A stretch of DNA of 50,956 nt from Patescibacteria group bacterium (GTDB taxonomy: Bacteria; Patescibacteriota; Microgenomatia; UBA1400; JAHJAY01), in contig JAHJAY010000027.1 in NCBI GenBank assembly GCA_018813815.1, positions 1 through 50,956 of the forward strand, written 5' to 3'. The position numbers were made by a program, and so were the translations under genes. Every line of letters starts with the position of its first letter. The first letter of the stretch is position 1. This document shows, in pieces, positions 9,543-18,746 of this stretch. Below the pieces are notes generated by a model. It saw nothing but the letters and a program-made list of their open reading frames with translations. It was not told the DNA's origin and ran no database searches.

Positions 9543-9977
9543 TCATTCAATTTTTGCTGTTGAATAAATCAAGGTCAGACTGGCATTGCTTTCTTGCCCG
9601 TCTTCAGCCACCATGGTAATAGTAATCTGGTTTACGCCGCCGATTAAGCCAATTTCTGTTTCAAATAAACCATCTTCATCAGTCTCGATCAGAATTTCCT
9701 CTTCTTCTGTCACAATACCAATGATGGATTTAGGTAAAGCTTTGCCTCGGATGGTGGTGTTTTCTTGGTCAATTAAAGCCTGATTGGCTGGTTCATAAAT
9801 AGTTAAACCCGCTGGTATTAATGTTGGTGTGGGTGAGGCTTCAATCTCTTCTGAAGTTTGAGGAATTTCATCAGTTTGGGTTTGGCGAAGACCTTTATTG
9901 GCAGTGTAAATTCCAAAAGTAATTATTAGGCCGATGATAAAGCCAAAAAAAATCGCTAAAAGCACTTCTTTACGCAT
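9543..9977 (-). CDS. Membrane-anchored protein with Ig-like domain
   Basis: N-terminal TM, PTPT linker, LTIYEP...IRGKA...DGLF...GVNQITI. Confidence 0.75.
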   Translation of the reverse strand: MRKEVLLAIFFGFIIGLIITFGIYTANKGLRQTQTDEIPQTSEEIEASPTPTLIPAGLTIYEPANQALIDQENTTIRGKALPKSIIGIVTEEEEILIETDEDGLFETEIGLIGGVNQITITMVAEDGQESNASLTLIYSTAKIE

Positions 9978-10078
9978 AGATATTCAGGACTTTAACAAAT
10001 TAAGGTGGTAAAGTCAATGTGATATTTATTCAACTTATAAAAATGTTATAATAGCATTATTCTGCTCAGACATAAATC

Positions 10079-11686
10079 ATGGGTAATTCTGAGAAAATAT
10101 TTCCTGCAAATTTTGATTTTTTGAATCTAGCGCTTGGTGAAAGGTTAGCCCCAGCCCTTATTAGGGTCGATGGTGCTTTACCGGCACAAAGAGCGGCCTT
10201 AATGGTTGAACAAGTAATTCCTAATTTATCCCCTGAAAAAGCAGTTTATGCTGTTGACACTGGAATAAAATTAGGAAATTTGCAGGTTGATCTAGGCGAG
10301 AGAAGACCCTTACCCAACTTTTCACTCCTAGCTGAGGTGCTTGTATTTGCTCGTGAACCGGTGGAGGGCGAACTGACACAAGGATTGGCTCTTTATAGTC
10401 AAGGGAGGCGAGCTTGTGGACAACACACGACTAGATTTAAACTAAGGCCGTTTTCTTATCAGGATATTATTAGTTATTGTTCTGCATGGCTTCAGAAACA
10501 TCTAGAAATGAATGTTAATTGGACAGATGAATCTGGGAATGATTGGAGAATTTTTGCCGCCGTCGCCAGCGTTTTGATGAGTCATCCCAATATGATTGAT
10601 TTAGGCTTGCTTCATGAACAGGGTAAGCTCCATTCGCTTGAAGGCGTTGCTTTAAAGCAGATTTCACCTTATCAACTGGGAATAATTTTACAAAAAAGCC
10701 TTCAGTCAGACTGGATGTTGCCTCTTCTTAGTAAAGAACAGCATGGCGTTGATTGGTTAGTACACGATTTTAATAGGTCGCCACCACCACAAAACCTGTT
10801 TAGCCCTTGGTTTATAGATCAAGTGGAGATTCATCCTATGTGGAGTGAGTTAGTGTCCAAAGTACCCAAGGTTCAGAGAATACAGGATATTATTTCAGCT
10901 TTGGGTATAACGACGCCGCATTTTATTATACCTTGGAGTATTTTTTTGGAGCATTTGAAAGAGGAGGGTGGACACATGAGTCTACAAAATAATTTGATGG
11001 TTTTGACCGGTTGGCGGGGAGATGTTGGGATTAGTGTTTTGAGGTCGGATGAAGGTTTGGGTAAAACCGCGCCCCATTTAACCTTAAAGGGAGGATCTGT
11101 TTTTCCTTCTTGTTTTGAAGCTGGAGTGAGTGCGGAGCAAAATGAAGCAATCGCGGATTTTATTAGGCAGGTACATAGTGGGCGGGGTGGGAGTTTTAAG
11201 AAAGATATTTTTGTTCAAATTTATTTAAGCCCGTGGAGTACGCCGGGTGTGGCAGGGGCGACTGTAAGGTTTGATGATTTACCAAGAACGCCTAAAAGAG
11301 AAGAAGCGGTGGTAGTTGAAATGTCGCCAAGATGGCCGAGAGGTTTTGATTTAAGCAGGGCAAATAAGGCAGGTCTGCCGGCTTGCAGTATTGTTTTGGG
11401 TGGTGAGTGTCGCCAAAAGCGAGGTTCAACATGGGAAACAATAATGGTTGATGGAGACAAGAGGGTAAATAGAATTTATCAAGAATTAAGTGCAGGAGCA
11501 AGTTTTTATATGAATGAGCGACGTTTGTTACAACTAATAAACAGCATTACCTTTAGGCATGGAATTGCTCAGATTTGGAATACAGCTGAAACAAGACTGG
11601 AAACAGAAATTGCTAGCTTGGCATTGGAACTTTATTGGGATCCAGTTTTAGGGCAATGGATTCCATTTGATTATACAGCGCATTAG
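10079..11686 (+). CDS. Hypothetical protein (535 aa), possibly divergent ATP-grasp-like C-half
   Basis: Long ORF; TGtTATAAT upstream; function only weakly inferred. Confidence 0.65.
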   Translation: MGNSEKIFPANFDFLNLALGERLAPALIRVDGALPAQRAALMVEQVIPNLSPEKAVYAVDTGIKLGNLQVDLGERRPLPNFSLLAEVLVFAREPVEGELTQGLALYSQGRRACGQHTTRFKLRPFSYQDIISYCSAWLQKHLEMNVNWTDESGNDWRIFAAVASVLMSHPNMIDLGLLHEQGKLHSLEGVALKQISPYQLGIILQKSLQSDWMLPLLSKEQHGVDWLVHDFNRSPPPQNLFSPWFIDQVEIHPMWSELVSKVPKVQRIQDIISALGITTPHFIIPWSIFLEHLKEEGGHMSLQNNLMVLTGWRGDVGISVLRSDEGLGKTAPHLTLKGGSVFPSCFEAGVSAEQNEAIADFIRQVHSGRGGSFKKDIFVQIYLSPWSTPGVAGATVRFDDLPRTPKREEAVVVEMSPRWPRGFDLSRANKAGLPACSIVLGGECRQKRGSTWETIMVDGDKRVNRIYQELSAGASFYMNERRLLQLINSITFRHGIAQIWNTAETRLETEIASLALELYWDPVLGQWIPFDYTAH

Positions 11687-11740
11687 TTCTGTTCGTTCTC
11701 ATTAGTTTTTGCTACAATCAAACAAAGAGGAGGCTTTCAA

Positions 11741-12391
11741 ATGGAAATTGTTTATTTTGGTCATTCTTGTTTTTGGCTTAAAACCCAAGAGGCGGGGGTT
11801 TTAATGGATCCTTTTGCCGACAAAATTGGCATGCGTTTGCCTAAAGTCGCTCCGGATATTGTTTGTTGCTCTCATCAACACTCCGGTCACAATGATGTTA
11901 GTCAAATAAGTAATAGCGCTTTTATTATTTCTGCTCCGGGAGAATACGAGATTAAAAATGTATCGATTACCGGCTTAGCTGCTTGGCATGATGGAGTAGA
12001 TGGTAAAGATCGCGGCCGGAATACGGTTTATATTGTTGAAGCCGAAGGCTGGCGTTTGTGTCATTTGGGGGATATTGGTCATTTGTTGTCTGACAAAGAG
12101 TGCGATTTGATTAACAGCGTGGATGTTTTAATGATTCCGGTTGGCGGTGAGACTACGATTGATGCGAAACAAGCGGCGGCAGTTGTTGCCCAGCTTGAGC
12201 CGCGTTTAGTTTTACCCATGCATTTTAAAACCAACAAAACCGCTGAATATGCCAAGGCTAAAACCCCAATTGAAGATTTTTTGCAAGAAATGAACGGGAC
12301 GCGAGTAAGACACGAGAAAAAACTGAAGTTAAGCTCTATAGCCGCGGTTGAGTCGGAAATGGAAATTGTGATTTTAGAAAGAAAAGAATAA
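11741..12391 (+). CDS. MBL-fold metallo-hydrolase (Lactamase_B_3-like)
   Basis: YFGHSCF, MDPF, SHQHSGHN, HLGD, PVGG, PMHF; GAGGAGG RBS. Confidence 0.9.
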   Translation: MEIVYFGHSCFWLKTQEAGVLMDPFADKIGMRLPKVAPDIVCCSHQHSGHNDVSQISNSAFIISAPGEYEIKNVSITGLAAWHDGVDGKDRGRNTVYIVEAEGWRLCHLGDIGHLLSDKECDLINSVDVLMIPVGGETTIDAKQAAAVVAQLEPRLVLPMHFKTNKTAEYAKAKTPIEDFLQEMNGTRVRHEKKLKLSSIAAVESEMEIVILERKE

Positions 12392-12419
12392 TTCCCGCAC
12401 TGAGGGAAAAGGACAGTTA

Positions 12420-13733
12420 ATGGCAAAAGTTCGAATTCCGCCCCATAGTCAGGAAGCAGAGCAATCAGTATTGGGTGCTTTGTTAATTGATAAAGACGCG
12501 GTGATGGAAACCAGTCAATTATTACGGCCGGAATTTTTTTATGACGAAAAACACCGCTTAATTTTTGAAGCAATAGTTGGTTTGTATGATGAACGCGAAT
12601 CGGTTGATGTGGTGACTGTTTCTGAAGTCTTAAAAAAGAATCGGGCTTTAGCCAAAGTTGGCGGCCGGGCTTATTTAACCAATTTGGTTAACCAAACACC
12701 AACCAGCGCTCATGTTCAAAGTTACGCGCAAATTATTAAAGATCATTATACTAAGCGTCAATTAATCAGTATGGCTTCCAGAATGGTTGATGAAGCTTTT
12801 GATGAAGGGATGGAGTCCGGCGAGGTTCTAGAAAAGGCCGAAAAACAGGTCTTTTCTTTATCACAAAAACACTTAACCCGGAATTTCATTGCTCTTAAAG
12901 ATGCTTTGGCTGAATCATTTGACCGTTTAGATGAGTTGCATAAAAAAGGCAGCGGTTTGCGGGGAATATCAACCGGTTTTCAGGCTTTGGATAGTCTTTT
13001 AGCCGGCATGCAGGATAGCAACTTATTAATTTTGGCCGGCCGGCCAGGCTTGGGTAAAACTACCTTAGCTTTGAATATTGCTCAACATGTAGCAGTTAAA
13101 GAAAAAATACCGATCGGTTTTTTCTCTTTAGAAATGAGCAAAGAAGAATTAGTGGATCGGCTTTTAGTTGCTCAGGCTGATATTGATGCCTGGCGTTTAA
13201 AAACCGGCCGTTTGGATGATGAAGACTTCAGTCAACTTTCCGATGCTATGGGTTTATTGGCTGAAGCGCCTTTTTTTGTTGATGATACGCCGGGAATTTC
13301 TTTAAGCGAAATTCGGACCAAAGCCAGGCGGCTTCAAATAGAGCAGGGAGTTAAGTTGATAATTCTTGATTATTTACAATTAGTTCATGGTCGGCAGGTT
13401 GATAATCGGGTTCAAGAGGTGTCCGAGATCTCTCAGGGGTTAAAAAATCTAGCCCGAGAACTGCGTGTGCCGGTTTTGGCTTTGTCTCAGCTGTCCCGGG
13501 CAGTGGAACACCGCGGCAGCAAGCGGCCTCAGCTGGCGGATTTAAGAGAATCAGGCTCAATTGAGCAAGATGCTGACGTGGTGATGTTTATTTACCGCGA
13601 AGATGAAGAGGATTTGGAAAAACTCAAGCTGATTCTTTCCAAACACCGGAATGGTCCGTTGGGAGCAATTGATCTTCGTTTCCGCGGCGACCGCATCCGT
13701 TTTTATGGTGTGGATAAAAAGCGCAAGGATTAG
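12420..13733 (+). CDS. dnaB: Replicative DNA helicase
   Basis: PPHSQEAEQSVLG, AGRPGLGKT (Walker A), LDYLQL, LSQLSR, DLRESGSIEQDAD, KHRNGP. Confidence 0.98.
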   Translation: MAKVRIPPHSQEAEQSVLGALLIDKDAVMETSQLLRPEFFYDEKHRLIFEAIVGLYDERESVDVVTVSEVLKKNRALAKVGGRAYLTNLVNQTPTSAHVQSYAQIIKDHYTKRQLISMASRMVDEAFDEGMESGEVLEKAEKQVFSLSQKHLTRNFIALKDALAESFDRLDELHKKGSGLRGISTGFQALDSLLAGMQDSNLLILAGRPGLGKTTLALNIAQHVAVKEKIPIGFFSLEMSKEELVDRLLVAQADIDAWRLKTGRLDDEDFSQLSDAMGLLAEAPFFVDDTPGISLSEIRTKARRLQIEQGVKLIILDYLQLVHGRQVDNRVQEVSEISQGLKNLARELRVPVLALSQLSRAVEHRGSKRPQLADLRESGSIEQDADVVMFIYREDEEDLEKLKLILSKHRNGPLGAIDLRFRGDRIRFYGVDKKRKD

Positions 13734-13738
13734 AGGAA

Positions 13739-14290
13739 ATGGCTAGCGTTGAAGCGAGAAGTCCCGCTTTAGATTTTCAGGTTGATTTTACGTTGGAGAG
13801 TTATCCATTTGAGATAAATTCTAATGGGTTTAGGTTTGTTGTTAAGCAGGGAAGAATCAACACTTTTGTAATTAATAGTGGGGATCAGGAGATTAATTTG
13901 CTGTCTCCTGAATTGCTTCCGAAGAATTGGGAGTTTGTTGCTGTCCGGATAATGTCTGGGGCTTCTTTTAACTGCGGTGCTGAACAAGCATTTGAGAATA
14001 CGGCTTGTTTATTAGACGAAACTGGCTGCCGGATATTAGTAGCTGATATTAACACGGTTGCCGGAGATGTTGTCGGAGAGGTGTTGGTAGACCTTTTGCA
14101 TGCTCGCGCTCTTGAAGAACATACGATATCAGGTCGTGATGAGGGTGGACATGGTTTTAATAGGATCTTATTATTGTATTCCCTAGCGGTTAAGCGGCGA
14201 GCTGAAGTTCTTCAAGCTTTGGTTAGTTCAGCTGATGAGGCAATTGAGTTAATAAGAAAACCTTTTGATTTTGAGATAGCCAAGGTTTGA
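13739..14290 (+). CDS. Hypothetical protein
   Basis: 183-aa ORF with GAGGA RBS; no recognisable motif. Confidence 0.55.
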   Translation: MASVEARSPALDFQVDFTLESYPFEINSNGFRFVVKQGRINTFVINSGDQEINLLSPELLPKNWEFVAVRIMSGASFNCGAEQAFENTACLLDETGCRILVADINTVAGDVVGEVLVDLLHARALEEHTISGRDEGGHGFNRILLLYSLAVKRRAEVLQALVSSADEAIELIRKPFDFEIAKV

Positions 14291-14299
14291 CAAAAACTG

Positions 14300-14384
14300 T
14301 GCCGGGGGAGGGAATCGAACCCTCACGGAGCTAAGCTCCACCAGTTTTTGAGACTGGCCTGTCTACCAGTTCCAGCACCCCGGC
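14300..14384 (-). tRNA. tRNA-Leu(CAA)
   Basis: Reverse complement GCCGGGGTGCTGGAACTGGTAGACAGGCCAGT-CTCAAAA-ACTGGTGGAGCTTAGCTCCGTGAGGGTTCGATTCCCTCCCCCGGCA; long variable arm; CCA not encoded. Confidence 0.97.
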
Positions 14385-14424
14385 GCATCTTAATTTTACA
14401 ATAAAGCCATGTTAAAATACAGTT

Positions 14425-15009
14425 ATGTTAAACGCCAGTCAATTAAGAAACGGAACGGTTTTTGAATACCAGGGCAATGTTTATCGGGTGGTTAATTATA
14501 AACACACGCATATTTCCCGCAGGGGCGCAGATATTAAGCTTAAGGTGAAGGACTTGCTCCGCGATTCTGTTTTAAATCTGAATTTTTCTCCTTCAGATAA
14601 ATTTGAGGCGGCGGATATTAGACATCAAGTGATGCAGTTTCTATATCAGGATGAGGATCAGGTTTATTTTATGAATCCATCCAGTTTTGAACAAGTTAAT
14701 TTTGACAAAAAAACCCTGGGTGATAAAGTTAAGTTTTTAAAAGAAGGCGGTCAGATAACTGTTGTTTTTTGGACCCATTCGACAAGCTCAGGGCAAGAAA
14801 ACCGGGCGATTGATCTTGAGCTGCCGCTTTCCATGGTTTATTGTATTAAGCAAACCGGTCCGGGTGAAAAAGGCGATAGTGCCAGCAATGTTTATAAATC
14901 AGCGATTTTAGAAAATGGTTTGCAGACAAAAGTGCCTTTGTTTATTAAAATTGGTGATCAGGTGAAAATTGACACTCGCAGCGGTGAATATTTGGAGCGG
15001 GCTAAGTAA
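14425..15009 (+). CDS. efp: Elongation factor P (non-canonical tip loop)
   Basis: ASQLRNG, QFLY, FEQV, PGEKGDSA, LENG, VPLFIKIGD, IDTRSGEYLERA. Confidence 0.95.
   Translation: MLNASQLRNGTVFEYQGNVYRVVNYKHTHISRRGADIKLKVKDLLRDSVLNLNFSPSDKFEAADIRHQVMQFLYQDEDQVYFMNPSSFEQVNFDKKTLGDKVKFLKEGGQITVVFWTHSTSSGQENRAIDLELPLSMVYCIKQTGPGEKGDSASNVYKSAILENGLQTKVPLFIKIGDQVKIDTRSGEYLERAK
14772..14798. repeat. REP-like miniature repeat inserted in frame in efp
   Basis: GACCCATTCGACAAGCTCAGGGCAAGA, resembling the TTCGACAAGCTCAG repeat family; adds THSTSSGQ. Confidence 0.7.
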
Positions 15010-15025
15010 TTAGTCCCGGCAGGCG

Positions 15026-15466
15026 TTAGCCTGAACGGGATGCTAGGGCAATGAGCAGGACAACTCCGATTTGAGTGAGTAGCCCCCAAGGAAGATCAAG
15101 TTTGCGATGGAAAAAGCTTTGCAGTTTTTTAATCCAGCTGAAGGGCGGGAAGTGCCAGCCAAAAATCCGGTAAGGTCCTTCAAGCCAATCCGGCCCCTGA
15201 GCCATAAGCATGGCGGCCAATAAATAGCCCGGATCAACCCGATCTTTAAACAAAAGCCAGCCTAAAAGCAAGCCCTCAAAAGCATCAACTAGAGAAATAG
15301 CCAAAGTTTTAATTTTACTAAAACCATTATGGCGGGTGTTAAAGTCCCAGTGGGGGATTAAGTCGGCCAGATGATGGCTTAAATAGGCTAAAACTAAACC
15401 GATTGTGGGATTGGGAAAACTGGCGGCAATTGAGGCGCCGATTACCGCGTGTGAAAGATTCAACAT
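15026..15466 (-). CDS. Membrane protein, putative metal-dependent hydrolase (YdjM-like)
   Basis: N-terminal His, SHHLADLIPHWD, PD, H motifs among hydrophobic helices. Confidence 0.7.
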   Translation of the reverse strand: MLNLSHAVIGASIAASFPNPTIGLVLAYLSHHLADLIPHWDFNTRHNGFSKIKTLAISLVDAFEGLLLGWLLFKDRVDPGYLLAAMLMAQGPDWLEGPYRIFGWHFPPFSWIKKLQSFFHRKLDLPWGLLTQIGVVLLIALASRSG

Positions 15467-15520
15467 GTGTCAAAGTGTAGCATTTTTACAGGTGGGCTGC
15501 AACTATGCTATACTATTTTT

Positions 15521-16369
15521 ATGTTTCCAACCTTATTTAAGCTGGGTCCGTTGGTGATTTATAGTTATGGTGTCTGCCTGGTTTTGGCTTTTTTAATTGG
15601 TCTGTTTTTTGTTTGGAAAGCCGGCAGAGAAGAGAATTTTGAAGAAGAAGATTTGTTGAGCGGTTGTTTTCAGGTGCTGGTTTTCAGTTTTATTATTGCT
15701 CGCCTGGGTTATGTTATGCTGCATTTTAACAAGTTTGGTTTAGATTTTTGGCAATGGTTTAATTTTGCCTGGGATCCGGGGTTGGAATTTGTGGGCAGCA
15801 TTTTAGGCGGTGGCATAGGTTTATGGCTTTGGGCCAAGAAAAAACAATGGCCGTTTTTTAAAATTGCCGACATTATGGTAATTGGTGTGGCTTTGGCCCA
15901 AGGAGTTATTCGTTTGGGTGATTTTTTAGGCGGTAATTTTTTTGGTCGGCCGACTAATTTACCTTTGGGTTTGAGCTTGCCCGGCAGTTTAGAGAAACGC
16001 CATCCGGTTCAGCTTTATGAAATGGTGGCCTACTTTATTTTAGCCTGGAGCTTAATTCGTTTGGAAAAAGAGTATCGCAGCCTTGTTTGGTATCAGGATA
16101 AACGGGGTGAGGCGCGGCCGGGTTTCATTTCCGCTATTTACTTAATTGTCTTAGGTTTTATTAGAGGAGTAAGTCATTTTTTAATCGATAATCAGTCGTT
16201 ATTTTTAGGCCTAAATCTTGATCAATGGTTAGCTGTTGGGTTGACAATTGGCGGGGCCGGGCTGTTATACTCATTTTCAGGACGAAGTTTTAAATTGATA
16301 AAAAGATCCGTCCGTCAACAGAAAATCAGTCAACGTCAACGAATTAAACGAGGAGCCGATATACTATGA
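15521..16369 (+). CDS. lgt: Prolipoprotein diacylglyceryl transferase
   Basis: MFPTLFKLGPLVIYSYG, ARLGYV, RLGDFL, RHPVQLYE; start ATG 15521. Confidence 0.9.
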   Translation: MFPTLFKLGPLVIYSYGVCLVLAFLIGLFFVWKAGREENFEEEDLLSGCFQVLVFSFIIARLGYVMLHFNKFGLDFWQWFNFAWDPGLEFVGSILGGGIGLWLWAKKKQWPFFKIADIMVIGVALAQGVIRLGDFLGGNFFGRPTNLPLGLSLPGSLEKRHPVQLYEMVAYFILAWSLIRLEKEYRSLVWYQDKRGEARPGFISAIYLIVLGFIRGVSHFLIDNQSLFLGLNLDQWLAVGLTIGGAGLLYSFSGRSFKLIKRSVRQQKISQRQRIKRGADIL

Positions 16370-16749
16370 AAAAAATTAAATTTCCCGGTAAAGTTTTACA
16401 ACCTCTTACTGCATTTTTAAAAAAAGAAGAAAAAAAGTTGGAAGAACATAAAAAAGAATTGGCCAAACAAGATCCGTTTATCAATGTGGATCGAGTTAAT
16501 GATAATGCGGCCTCGGATACGGATGCGGCTGAAGAATCCGGACACGAACGAATTCATGCTTTAAAACGTGAGATTGACAAAACCTTGGTGTTTATTAGAA
16601 AAACTTTGACTAAAATAAAAATTGGCAAATATGGTTTATGCGAACACTGTGGCCAGTTGATTGATACTGATCGTCTGGCTGTAAATCCAACTGCCCAGTT
16701 GTGTATTGACTGTGAGCGTAAAAAAGAGCGCCTGTCAACTTCTCGATGA
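16366..16749 (+). CDS. TraR/DksA C4 zinc-finger protein
   Basis: Coiled coil with acidic tip (DTDAAEE); YGLCEHC...RL...PTAQLCIDC. Confidence 0.9.
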   Translation: MKKIKFPGKVLQPLTAFLKKEEKKLEEHKKELAKQDPFINVDRVNDNAASDTDAAEESGHERIHALKREIDKTLVFIRKTLTKIKIGKYGLCEHCGQLIDTDRLAVNPTAQLCIDCERKKERLSTSR

Positions 16750-17129
16750 TTGATGCACTTTTAAGCTTATTATTGGTTGCCGCAGATCAGTTTTCTAAGC
16801 AATTTGCTTTGAATCAACAATGGCCTGTATTTTATAATCAACGGGCAATTTTTGGTTTAGTTAGCCATTTTGAGCTGGTGCAGTTGTTGGCTTTGCTAGT
16901 TCTATTCGTCTGGTTTGTTTTCCGTCTTAAACAAACCAGGCCGCTAGGCAGTATTGAACGGTTGGGTTGGATAATGATTATTAGCGGGATAATGAGCAAT
17001 TGGCTTGATCGATTACGTTGGGGTGCAGTAGTGGATTTTATTGATTTGAAAATATGGCCGGTATTCAATTTAGCTGACGGTTTAATTGTTGGCGGTTTGA
17101 CTTTAATTTTTTTATGTTCATTAAAATAG
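16746..17129 (+). CDS. lspA: Lipoprotein signal peptidase II
   Basis: DQFSK, SNWLDR, VVDFI, WPVFNLAD. Confidence 0.9.
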   Translation: MIDALLSLLLVAADQFSKQFALNQQWPVFYNQRAIFGLVSHFELVQLLALLVLFVWFVFRLKQTRPLGSIERLGWIMIISGIMSNWLDRLRWGAVVDFIDLKIWPVFNLADGLIVGGLTLIFLCSLK

Positions 17130-17845
17130 TTTTTGAAAGCCAGGATTTTCTAGTCATTAACAAGCCGGCCGGCCTGATTGTCAATCGAGTGCCTCAAGCT
17201 AGAGGGGAAACTTTACAGGATTGGATAGAAAAACAATTTCCAATTTCCAATTTCCAATTTCCAAATGAAAACGAAAAAGAATTTATCAGCCGGTCGGGGA
17301 TTGTTCATCGTTTAGATAAAGAAACCAGCGGACTTTTAGTGGTGGCCAAAACTCCGGCGGCTTTTTGTCACCTTAAAGATCAGTTTAAGCGTCGGCAGGT
17401 AAGTAAAACCTATTTAGCTTTAGCTCATGGTCAGTTAAAGCCTAAAAACGGTGATATTAATCAGCCTTTGGCGAGACGGCGTACGGGCGGCGGCCGTTTT
17501 GCTGTTAGCCTGGGCGGGCGGAAAGCCATTACTCACTATCAAGTGCTGGATTATTGGAAAAAAGACGGGCGGCTTTTTAGCCGCCTTGAACTTAAGCCTT
17601 ATACCGGCCGGACTCATCAGCTTCGGGTGCATTTACAACATTTAGGTCATGCTTTGGTGGCTGACCCGCTTTATTTAAGCAAAAAAGGCCTTAAATCTGA
17701 CCGGGATTGGTGTCCTCGGCTTTTTTTACATGCCAGCCAGTTGGTTTTTACCCACCCTGTTGATCAAAAACGGCTTGAATTTAAACTGGGGCTGCCGCTA
17801 GATTTAAACACAGCTTTAAAACACCTAAGTCATGAAAAAATTTAA
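17114..17845 (+). CDS. RluA/RluD family pseudouridine synthase
   Basis: INKPAGL, HRLDKETSG, TGRTHQLRVH, LFLHA; follows lspA; no S4 domain. Confidence 0.95.
   Translation: MFIKIVFESQDFLVINKPAGLIVNRVPQARGETLQDWIEKQFPISNFQFPNENEKEFISRSGIVHRLDKETSGLLVVAKTPAAFCHLKDQFKRRQVSKTYLALAHGQLKPKNGDINQPLARRRTGGGRFAVSLGGRKAITHYQVLDYWKKDGRLFSRLELKPYTGRTHQLRVHLQHLGHALVADPLYLSKKGLKSDRDWCPRLFLHASQLVFTHPVDQKRLEFKLGLPLDLNTALKHLSHEKI
17234..17261 (+). repeat. Tandem heptamer (CAATTTC)x4 inside the pseudouridine synthase gene
   Basis: Four perfect copies; encodes QFPISNFQFP. Confidence 0.9.
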
Positions 17846-18746
17846 AACACTGATTTTAATTATTCTGGGATTGGTATTAAGCTTTGGTGCGGTCAGCTTT
17901 ATTTACGGTGCGCAATGGGAGGGTAAAAACAATTTTAATCTGGCTTTTTGGCTTAATCAAAATGGCGGAATAATTTCTTTACAACCTCAAAATCAACAAG
18001 CAGTGATTGTCGTTTTTCCGCCGGAAACCATTTTACCGGTCGCTAAGGGTTTTGGTGATTATCGGGCTAAAGCAGTATACGCTTTGGGTGAGCAGGAAAA
18101 ATTAGGCGGTGGTTATCTGTGGCAGCTTTCAGTTGAGCGTTTTTTAGGTCTTATGACTGATGGTTATCTGATTAATCTTAAGCCTCGGCAAACGCTGAAA
18201 AAGTCTTTACTGGTTAACGGGGTTTTTCTGAGCTTGTTTAAGCCGGGAGAATTAGCCAGCCTTGATGCTTTGAGGGCTTGGTGGTTTTTAATTAGGTTGC
18301 GCCCCGACCAATTAGAAATAATTAATTTAGTTGATTCGGGTGTGGCCGTAGAAAAACGCTTGGCCAATGGCGATTTGGCTTATGAGGCAACTGAAGAAAA
18401 AATTGACCAGTTACTGCGGCGCTTTTTTGTGGAAACTACTGCCGCCAATCAGAATTTGCGCCTGTTGGTGTTTAATGCTACTGATCAGCTTGGAGCCGGC
18501 AGCTGGTTCAGTCGGGTTTTGAATAACCATGGCGGCCTGGTGGTTCATATTACTAATGCGCCGCCATCTGAGCATTCGGTGGTCGAAGCTACGCAGGAAC
18601 CATTTTTTGATAAGTTTTTGGTGGAAAAAACTATAAAAAAGTTCAACTTTGACACTAAAGTGGTAAATAGTATTTTTCAAGGGAGGGGAGATGTTGGTTA
18701 TATTTTAGCTGAGGATTTTAAGCAAAAATATTTTGTTAATGACTAG
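17832..18746 (+). CDS. Membrane-anchored LCP-like protein with LytR C-terminal domain
   Basis: N-terminal TM; VFNATDQLGAG...DVGYILAEDF LytR_C pattern. Confidence 0.7.
   Translation: MKKFKTLILIILGLVLSFGAVSFIYGAQWEGKNNFNLAFWLNQNGGIISLQPQNQQAVIVVFPPETILPVAKGFGDYRAKAVYALGEQEKLGGGYLWQLSVERFLGLMTDGYLINLKPRQTLKKSLLVNGVFLSLFKPGELASLDALRAWWFLIRLRPDQLEIINLVDSGVAVEKRLANGDLAYEATEEKIDQLLRRFFVETTAANQNLRLLVFNATDQLGAGSWFSRVLNNHGGLVVHITNAPPSEHSVVEATQEPFFDKFLVEKTIKKFNFDTKVVNSIFQGRGDVGYILAEDFKQKYFVND

Noticed and set aside
12420-13733. Inteins in DnaB, GyrA or GyrB
   Set aside because: Normal lengths and no intein splice-junction motifs; the GyrA insert is only ~30 aa
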